The notes beneath the pieces are model-generated. The model worked only from the letters and a program-made list of their open reading frames with translations, did no database searches and had not been told where the DNA came from. Positions 1 to 7,118 of a stretch of DNA of 7,709 nt are shown here, piece by piece. The stretch covers positions 1 through 7,709 of the forward strand of contig NW_002061219.1 in assembly GCF_000150275.1 (NCBI RefSeq), in the 5' to 3' direction. Numbering within the stretch: the stretch's first letter is position 1; each line of letters begins with the position of its first letter. The position numbers and the translations under genes are program-made. Origin of the DNA: Trichoplax adhaerens. Its lineage: Eukaryota; Animalia; Placozoa.

Positions 1-464
1 TGGACAGTCAGGTTCCTTGAATGGTTAGTGAAGTTGCTGTAAACGTNTTGATCGTAGTCCGTAAAAGTTAGGATGCGTTTTAGTGCTAGAAAAATGAGTT
101 TAATTTCTGTTATTATTCCATGTCTAATATTATGAATTACAACGGAAATTAAACATGCATCTTATTAAGATCCATTCAGAACTTTACGACATTAATTTTT
201 CAGTTCAGATAGTACATTGCCTTTATTTCCATAATCCTATATGTGATAGTTATAGATTAGTGACTGCGATTATTATAGACTAAATCAAGATAAGAGCTTT
301 GTGGTTTTGTTTTAGACCGTTATGGTAGTTGTTATAAGGAAGTATTTTATCAGTGCATAATGACGTTTATTCACGCTTTTTTGAGCGAACTAGCTGGTAC
401 TGTCATCCTCTTTCTCCAAGTCTTAAAAAATTATGATTTGCAATAGTTACATTTTGTAGTTGAG
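1..464 (-). pseudogene. Further pappalysin-like module relic carried in the duplicated block
   Basis: LDLVYNNRSH*SITITYRIMEIK (cf. YN...KVVRYRVVNL) and HNIRHGIITEIKLIFLALKRILTFTDYDQ (cf. YNISWELDVLEVSNSSLRRRLILANCD). Several differences from copy 3 are synonymous in this frame (cgc/cgt, tca/tcg, aac/aat, ctg/cta, gtc/gtt). A possible acceptor ttagctttcag lies before 464. Confidence 0.42.
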
Positions 465-543
465 CTGAAAGCTAAAGTTACTAGCTAAATTCTCATAGGG
501 CACGTATAAGATTAATCTTACCGGTCTTCTGTAATATTTCTAG

Positions 544-869
544 ATAAAATTCCAAAGAGTCCACCCTCTTTAAGCGACGCAGCTCTGCAAGCACTAGAAC
601 ATTGTCGTGTAGATTTTGAGAGAAAAAATCCATATAACGACATCAAGCAAATTTTACGATACGAGCGTGTCTTAACAAAGGCAGAAATTGACAATATAGA
701 TGGAAAACAAAATATAGCTAATCGATCTGTAGCTTTAATGGAAATCCTTTTAACTCGTGACGATGACGATATTTTAGTAGTTTGCGACGCATTAGAAAAG
801 TCCCCTGTACGTTCATTAAATACTTTAGGAAAAAGAATGAAGCGTAAGTTCGAAGAATTCAAGTGTTGA
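544..869 (+). CDS. Terminal exon encoding a CARD-like (death-fold) domain; upstream exons not found in this window
   Basis: Acceptor ...gtaatatttctag (AG 542-543), phase 1, then 107 open codons to TGA 867-869: KIPKSPPSLSDAALQALEHCRVDFERKNPYNDIKQILRYERVLTKAEIDNIDGKQNIANRSVALMEILLTRDDDDILVVCDALEKSPVRSLNTLGKRMKRKFEEFKC*. Fits the CARD helical pattern (L..R..F, L....VLT..E...I, R...L..LL.R, ..AL, L...). It is absent from the ORF track because there is no early start codon. Confidence 0.72.
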
Positions 870-889
870 AATAGTATTACCTGCTCGCA

Positions 890-1680
890 CATTCAGCAAA
901 ATTTTTGACCTTGAAACTAATTTTAAATTAATCAATTCCAAATTAATAAGCAGCAACTATATTATATCCCAAAATAATCTAATTGAGGAATATAAAATAT
1001 AGATTTTTTGACTTAGCGATAATATGTAGCAGCATGGGCTAATTGTGTCATCTTAGTTATTCAGTGAAAATAAAACATTAAAGTAACGTCAGCATAGAAA
1101 ATAGATTAAGTTAAATTTTAAAATTTTATAAACCTTATAAGCGGTAGCAAATAGGTTAATGATAAAGTTTCTAACCAATTTACTGAAGATTTAGAAATAT
1201 AGCGGACATAACCGATTTCATGCCTTTTAACTAGTTGTAGCAGCTAATATCGAAGGGATGATTTAAGATAAATAGCACATCCTTAACCTAAACTTTATTC
1301 TACTTTGTAGCCTTAATCTCTCTCACGTTCTGTAATAGTTACATAATTAGTATGTTACCTTCTTTCTATATATGGTTAAATATCACGATGTTATCACGTC
1401 ATACGTATATAGATGTAGTTATGGTACTATATCAAGGTTATCTATATATGTATTCTCATGTTGTCATACTTGGCATGATATCCTATTTGTAATGTCTAAA
1501 CTAGGGAAACCTTTCTGTTAGTGATGATCTTGTGATCTACGTCAGTAGATCAAAGGTCACAATAAAGAAAGTATATAAACTCTTTATTTTAACAATAAAG
1601 TTAGTTCTTCAACTTAATTACTGGGTCTCCTAGCTGAGTGCAGATCTAGTACTTGTTACAAAATTTGGAAGTTGTAACAG
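890..1680 (-). pseudogene. Decayed catalytic (zinc-binding) half of a pappalysin-like M43B metalloprotease
   Basis: One frame from ~1499 reads LDITNRISCQV*QHENTYIDNLDIVP*LHLYTYDVITS*YLTIY (recalled PAPP-A: EITNVTQTCFDPDSPHRAYLDVNELKNILKLDGSTHLNIF). After frameshifts come ILNHPF (VLNPSF) and HEIGYVR at 1222-1202 (HEIGHSL). An LNR-like YCDL lies upstream near 1555-1565. Weak Met-turn-like (ILGY, ~965-975) and SF...M relics are near 890-920. Motif order and spacing are colinear; there are many stops. Confidence 0.55.
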
Positions 1681-2067
1681 TAAGACATTTATTTATACTT
1701 TTTTTTGAGCGAACTAGCTGGTACTGCCATTCTCTTTCTACAAGTCTTAAAGAATTATGATTTGCAATAGTCACATTTTTGTAGATGAGCTGATAGCTAA
1801 AATTACAAGCTAAATTCTCATAGGGCATGTATAAGATATATCTTATCCGTCTACTGTAATATTTCTAGATGAAAATCCAGATAGCCCACCCTCTTTAAGC
1901 AGCGTAACACCTCTTGCATTAGAGCATTGTCGTGCAGAATTTGAAAGAAAAAATTCATATGACGAAACAAGGCAAACTTTGCGACGCGAGTTTGTCTTAA
2001 TTCCGGCAGAAGCTGAGAATATAAATGGAAAACAAAATACAACTGATCGATCTGAGGCTTTAAGGGA
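1681..2067. repeat. Local segmental duplication, copy 2 (partial)
   Basis: For example ttgagcgaactagctggtactg and gctaaattctcatagggca are shared with ~360-742; homology stops at gctttaaggga (2067). Confidence 0.95.
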
Positions 2068-2134
2068 GGATTGTAGGAGATTTCTAAATGATTCTAAGGC
2101 ATCTCTTGAACGATTAGATTCCACGAATGGTTAG
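1869..2134 (+). pseudogene. 3'-truncated copy of the CARD exon fused to unrelated sequence
   Basis: Same acceptor (atttctag, AG 1867-1868), offset 1325 from copy 1. ENPDSPPSLSSVTPLALEHCRAEFERKNSYDETRQTLRREFVLIPAEAENINGKQNTTDRSEALRE matches copy 1 to ~2067, then reads DCRRFLNDSKASLERLDSTNG* (TAG 2132-2134). Confidence 0.68.
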
Positions 2135-2541
2135 TGCAGTTGCTACAAACGTTTTGATCGCAGTCCGTAAAAGCTAGGATACGTTTTAGTGCTAAAAAAA
2201 TGAGCTTAATTTCTGTTGTTATTTCATATCCAATATTCTGAATTACAACGGAAATTAAATATGCATCTTATTGATATCAGTCCAGAACTTTACGACATTA
2301 ATTTTTTAGTTTCGTTAGTACATTGCCTTTATTTCAATAATTCTATATGTGATAGTTATAGATTAGTTACAGCGATTGTTATAGACTAAATCAAGATCAG
2401 AGCTTTTTTTCTTTTCGATCGTTATGGTAGTTGTTATAAGGAAGTATTTTATCAGTGTATAAAGACATAAGACATTTATTCACACCTTTATAAGCAAACT
2501 AGCTGGTGCAGTTATTCTCTTTCTCCAAGTCTTAAAAAATT
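2070..2541 (-). pseudogene. Duplicate of the pappalysin-like module relic
   Basis: DLDLVYNNRCN*SITITYRIIEIK and QNIGYEITTEIKLIFLALKRILAFTDCDQNVCSNCTNH; shares one in-frame TAA with copy 1. Confidence 0.42.
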
Positions 2542-2792
2542 TAGCAAATTCAAGCAAATTTTACGACGCGAGAGTGTCTTAACATCAACAGAAATTGAGA
2601 ATATAAATGGAATGCAAAATCCAGCTGATCGATCTGTAGCTTTAATGGAAATACTTTTAACTCGTGACGATGACGATTTTTTAGTAGTTTTTGACGCATT
2701 AGAAATATCCCCTGCACGTTCATTAAACACTTTAGGAAAAAGAATGAAACGTAAGTTCGAAGAATTCAAGTGTTGAAATAACATTACCTGCT
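2107..2792. repeat. Local segmental duplication, copy 3, with a 210-bp internal deletion
   Basis: Matches 1-432, then 643-885. The equivalent of 433-642 is replaced by the 8-nt filler tagcaaat (2542-2549). It probably begins near 2068, but the partner sequence lies outside the window. Confidence 0.95.
2552..2776 (+). pseudogene. 5'-deleted copy of the CARD exon (acceptor and first helix lost)
   Basis: KQILRRESVLTSTEIENINGMQNPADRSVALMEILLTRDDDDFLVVFDALEISPARSLNTLGKRMKRKFEEFKC*; 74 codons colinear with 645-866 (offset 1907), TGA 2774-2776. Confidence 0.72.
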
Positions 2793-4185
2793 TATTCAAA
2801 CCTGTAATTATAATGCCTTGTAAGTGTGAACGGCGTAGGTATATAAGCCGTCGCTTTTCAATACAATAAAGAGAGAATAGGAGTTAGTTGTTAATTTTAC
2901 AATAACTTCAACTACATGTACACTGTATAATCTCTTGTCTTCGATGCTTATTGAGAGTAGTACGAACATTCAATAGGGTTGTTAGTATTAACTCTAGATA
3001 GTAATACACAACAGTACCTATGTAGCTTAATGAAGGTTAGCTCTTAGAATTCATCTACATAAGTTAAATAGCAGAAAATTTTACCTACATTACTTGAATG
3101 ATGCCATGATGAAGTTAATAACTTTGGATTTGTGTAATAATTGCAGCCATAGTCTGTTTCTTTTCTTGATTACGGAGGAAAATAACTTATAATTGAATGG
3201 ATGCGTAAAGTGAACTCAATAACCTGTTACGAAGTAACTTGATCATGGCTTCTGTAATATATTTTCGATAAGGTTGCTCATCTAGGATTATGTTGGCATT
3301 AATTTATCTATGACGTCTTGCGTGTTTTTAATAGATAAGTGCATAGATACGTAAATTGATGAAATTGAACTTAAAATTGACTGTTTTATCGATAAAGTTC
3401 GATTTAGTTTTGCCTAAAGAGACTAGTGGCGCTACTGTGCCTCCTAAAAATCAGCTATCGTCAGCATTTAGAGTCATAATATAGGTAGATATCGGGAAAG
3501 ACAAGCCTGATGGTAAAGTTGTAGTGTTAGTTTGCCGTAATAATTTTTCTCTCGTAACAAATTTAGATCGCAATACCGCCATATCCAAGTATGGATTTAA
3601 TAATGTTACTTGATCTTTGTTTTTGGCACGTACTGTGCAATTATACATGTCTCACGTACGTAATATACACATTCTCTTAAATATTCGGTTAATATGATAG
3701 TACTGAGTATCATCTTTATAGTGACATAAATAATCAGATAATTTTTTGTTAACCAAAGTGAATAATAAGGTAGAATCGATTTGCATTAGCGTAATTAGTG
3801 GAAATGCTTTAATTATTGCTTACTCTATAGCACCTCAGAACCTAGTTCTGAAGTGATGGATGGCATGACCAATTATTTTATGAAGTTGTATAGTTTGGTG
3901 GTTCAGCTAGAGTATTTAAATATAACTAGCTATTTATGAGCTACGATGTTAGCAAATGATGCATTTGGTTGGGCACATACTTTATCCACATAATGCTAGT
4001 TAAAAAGTAGCGACCAGACCTCTCTGACATCTAGAAATTATATTTGTAGTCCTTACATGTCACTAAGTGACATCCGGTGATTTTTCGATTACAAAACATT
4101 AACTATTGCTGCATCTACTATTGCAAATTACACTTGCGTTTTACACTTGCATGTACGCGAGCGGAATAATCAAATATAATTCAAA

Positions 4186-4813
4186 TAAATCGCACTGGCC
4201 GTGGTCTATCGAATTCAAACGAGCAGCTTCTCTAAAATATATACAGTTGTACGTCATACGGTACATCGGACAAAAAGAATTACTTAGCGCAAGCAGTAAA
4301 TTTATAAGGACTATAGAGGTGTTGCAATGCTCCTTTTTTGGCTCACTAATCTCAGTAGAAAAATAAAGGTATTCTGTAATAGCAGAATGCGCGATAGTTC
4401 CAGTTTTCTGAATAAGTAAAATTTTTAGACATCCTGTTACCTGATTTATGGTAAAATATACTAAACGTTAGAAACAACGATTTCATAAAAACTTGGGATC
4501 AATAAGTTTTACAGAAAAATCATACAAGTAATTAAGTGGCAATTATTTGTATTGCATTAACTGCTTTTTCCTCCATTATTGTTGTTAGCATTAGACAAAG
4601 CGATTACAATTACTTCATGATTAAGAAATTGCTTTGCTATTATTTATCTTATTTTGGGAGATATCATTCTATTGGGTCAGAAACTTAAATAACACCATAC
4701 AAGTATGTTAATAATGTGCAGTGTTTAATTGTAAATATTCAGAGTTTGAGAGGTAGTAAACTTAAATCGTCCTAACCATCGCCTATCGAATTTAAAGGAG
4801 CTGTTTCTTTAAA
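4186..4813. repeat. Diverged direct repeat pair 4186-4236 / 4763-4813 (LNR cores of two modules)
   Basis: Ungapped 51-nt alignment with 39 identities by manual count; offset 577. Confidence 0.8.
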
Positions 4814-5494
4814 TAATCTTGAGTACTACAGTTATAAGACGCATCGAATATCCTTTTATCTTTTATACTATAAAAGGAAAGAGAGCTTTGCATATGACGG
4901 CTATAGAATCAAAGGATATACTTACAAAAAAGTTACTTTAAGGTATTAAACTGTTCGTATAGAAGGTCACCATCGCCTTTAGAAGTGCGAAAGTCTTGAT
5001 ATTAAAAACTTATTCCATGAAAACCTATAAACGCTATACTAAAGAAGTAAATACGCTGCCATATTGTTTTCGCATGCATATTTAATAAAGTGAACTACCA
5101 TGTACTAGAACCAACCTCGGTCAAGGACTGCCACTGTAAGTATAGTATCTAGTAATCCATGCCAGTGTAGTATATATTGTCATGGACTACTAGAAGAACA
5201 CCTTGACTGAACCATTTCGTTATGAAAGTACTTTAGTAGGCACTGTCGATTTTAAATTGACTAATTTTTTACTAAATTAAGTAATATTACGTTGAATCTT
5301 ATTATCCGTTACCAAGTTCTGCTTGGAAACAGTTATATAAGATCATTCGATGTGATTGCAATTAGTGCCCGTGATTTAAATGACAGGCACAGAAGATCCA
5401 TACTACTGCAACTTTGGAAGTAGACATTTTTCGCTCTTGATGGCCTCTGTTGGTAAGAAACGCCTGTCCGTCCGACAAGTTCCTGTTTGACTAA

Positions 5495-5526
5495 ATACTG
5501 TACTGTACACTAGTACAGTACAGTAT
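5495..5526. repeat. Perfect 14-bp inverted repeat with a 4-nt loop, built from TACTG/CAGTA units
   Basis: atactgtactgtac (5495-5508), acta, gtacagtacagtat (5513-5526). Confidence 0.9.
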
Positions 5527-6680
5527 ATTGTAGCGTACGATATACAGTATTCCACTGTAATGTGAATACTGAATGTATTTTCTGGCATTTGAAAATAAGG
5601 TATCAAAATCTAACTTTTCAACCTGATGAAATATTAATTTGCTATCAATCGATACCTTCGATAATTTAGAATTGAAATAATGCAATCAAAATCATTAAAA
5701 AAGTGAATTGAGGGTTAAAATTGAGTTCGAAAATGACATAGCTACAATACAAAGTTCAATTTCGATCCAAACCTTAACACAAAAGTGTGAAGCACGCGTA
5801 GATTGTACTGTGGTGGACTCATACGTTATTAAATAAAACGCGGGAAGCATGCTTTTAGTTAATATTGATTGCAGAATTGAATCAACAAGAGCTATCATAC
5901 AACTAATCCAGACTCAATCATATATTTTGTTGCATTTAAATACTAATGTTAAGTAGTCCATAGAAGAATTTATTAAACATTTACTTATTACTAAATATAA
6001 ATTTATTTTCAAGTGTTTTTATCGTAATCGAATTTTGCATTATTATGTAAAATTCATCATTTTTTCAATGCTACTAAATAACTTTTCTAAAGTCTTAAAA
6101 ATTTTTTGTATGGCCTCCTTAATTAGCAAAAGTCTTTGGCTGTCCCTTTTGTTATAATACTTTATATTTTTCTGTTGCTTTAAAGCTTTAAGAGTAATTT
6201 AGTAATTTAAAAAAGAAGCTACTAAGCTATTTGCAATAGTTATAGAAGAGTATCTCGCCAACAAAAGTAGCGTTGCTTTGTGCATAATAATACAACAAAA
6301 ATAAGTGGAATTCGAAATAATTTCTGGAGCCATGTAGATTGTGTAGTATTTATGATGGTTAAATGTTTTTCTAAGCCATCTTACTGAGAAACATAAGCGA
6401 TTAAATGGACAATAAAAAATAACATATCGTGAAGATTTAAATAAAGCATAAATTATAAAGTAAAAATTCCTTTTCATTTTAATCTACTGTTGTTCTAACA
6501 ATCAACCGTGGACAGAATGTTGACATTTAGCAGTGCGGAAATTCCAATTGGAGCACCGGTAATTCTTTCAGACTGTTAACTTAAAACCAAGATTTTTTTT
6601 TGCTTGAAGGATAGAATAACGGAGAATATCTGATATACCAAAATTAATACTAAAATCTTAAAAGTCCTGTTCTCACTCAC

Positions 6681-6802
6681 GGTTACTACATCTTCACTTA
6701 AAAAAACCAAGTGCTGAACCACTTAAATAGTTAACATACAAAGTATTACTCCATTTGGTACGTATGTAGTAGACTTGGAATGACCGTATCGACTATGAAT
6801 TT
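6681..6802 (-). pseudogene. A1 aspartic protease flap exon
   Basis: Phase-1 acceptor aatctccag and phase-0 donor acc|gtgagt. Reads IHSRYGHSKSTTYVPNG[+2]NTLYVNYLSGSALGF[+1]LSEDVVT (cf. [38 protein letters not shown]). The 122 nt minus 3 inserted bases gives 119 nt, the size I recall for this exon in pepsin/cathepsin D genes. Confidence 0.9.
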
Positions 6803-6991
6803 CTGGAGATTATAATTTAAGGGATAGCATCTTACAATAGGCATGATAGAGTCAGGAAGGGATAGAAACTACCGTACTTAGGATATTGAAAATTTAGAAT
6901 ACGGTGTATGCTCTAAGAAATGGCAGCATGTAATATAGCTAAAGGCATTATTATAGAATACTCCTAATCATACTTGATATATTCAGTCTAT

Positions 6992-7118
6992 TGCACGCAT
7001 TATATTCATTGCATTCCTGCGAAGGTATCCATAAATCAGTAGGGCCAGTGTCTATCAGAACCTTAAATTTTTGTGGCGGTGTGTTTATAGTAATAGTAGC
7101 ATGGTAATAAACTTAAAT
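6992..7118 (-). pseudogene. A1 aspartic protease exon with the first catalytic DTG
   Basis: Acceptor tgttacag, then I*VYYHATITINTPPQKFKVLIDTGPTDLWIPSQECNEYNAC; DTG at 7052-7044 (consensus YYG.I.IGTPPQ.F.V.FDTGSS.LWVPS..C....AC). There is an in-frame TAA near the start, and the expected donor after AC reads AT rather than GT. Confidence 0.92.

Larger units (their letters stand above)
1..885. repeat. Local segmental duplication, copy 1 (probably extends left of the window)
   Basis: 1-432 aligns with 2107-2541, 643-885 aligns with 2550-2792, and ~360-742 aligns with 1681-2067, all in direct orientation with scattered substitutions and small indels. Confidence 0.95.
2800..6170 (-). pseudogene. 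Decayed tandem array of about six pappalysin-like modules (catalytic-domain N-terminal part plus LNR repeat)
   Basis: Three motifs recur in the same order. Strand: KYKVL, IVRYNIL, LKILL. Helix: EAIQKIFKTLEKLFSS, EQFNTLK*LFCKY, ALQHLYSPYKF, PLITLMQI...VNKKLSDY, YITEAMIK...LSSLYAS (cf. recalled EQIRLQHEALNEAFSRY). LNR start: HRMILYNCFQAELGNG**D, YNC...LNSIGDG*DDL, YNC...LNSIDHGQCDL, YNC...GYGG.CDL, YGC...NVGKIFCYL (cf. HRVVLVNCEPSKIGNDHCD). Anchor Cys motifs are at ~5980, 5329-5337, 4828-4836, 4243-4251, 3637-3645 and 3143-3151. Stops and frameshifts are frequent. Confidence 0.55.

Noticed and set aside
1634-1679. Possible 46-nt plus-strand exon with a phase-1 donor (gtaaga) matching the acceptor at 1869
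   Set aside because: The donor straddles the duplication junction, the peptide is unrecognisable, and such sites arise easily by chance; it needs RNA evidence.
1-2792. Repeats as a CRISPR array or LTR/TIR transposon
   Set aside because: The copies are long, nested, diverged and gene-derived. I saw no repeat-spacer pattern, terminal repeats, target-site duplication or transposase.
518-2799. Minus-strand ORFs 518-892, 1843-2124, 1851-2042 and 2512-2799
   Set aside because: They are antisense shadows of the plus-strand CARD exon copies; the plus frame has the domain pattern and the splice acceptor.
3300-3340. IKNTQDVIDKL resembling a Penelope-type reverse transcriptase motif
   Set aside because: Isolated; no downstream RT motifs and no element termini.
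3600-3660. Fibronectin type III-like YNCTVRAKN
   Set aside because: No upstream W..P or other FN3 features; YNC followed by GxG.CDL matches the repeated LNR-type motif instead.
4106-4366. Plus-strand 86-aa ORF
   Set aside because: Non-ATG start and no recognisable family; it overlaps the better-supported minus-strand module.
5100-5490. M14 carboxypeptidase-like words (GVSYQQRP, VWIFCACH, VAVLDRGWF)
   Set aside because: They need arbitrary frameshifts and lack HAREW and NPDG. The pappalysin/LNR reading fits better and recurs periodically. This also shows the overfitting risk in such decayed DNA.
5640-6155. Long plus-strand frame with few stops and a GS-hydrophobic motif (TRADD-N/SEA-like)
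   Set aside because: It has four internal stops and only one weak motif; most likely the antisense shadow of the minus-strand module. Not fully excluded.
6199-6477. 92-aa ORF as a real gene or as another pappalysin module (LRKTFNHH...EIISNST)
   Set aside because: It is off-period for the array and is equally well read as the continuing aspartic protease relic (SV.DGL, YMA.QKL); ambiguous.
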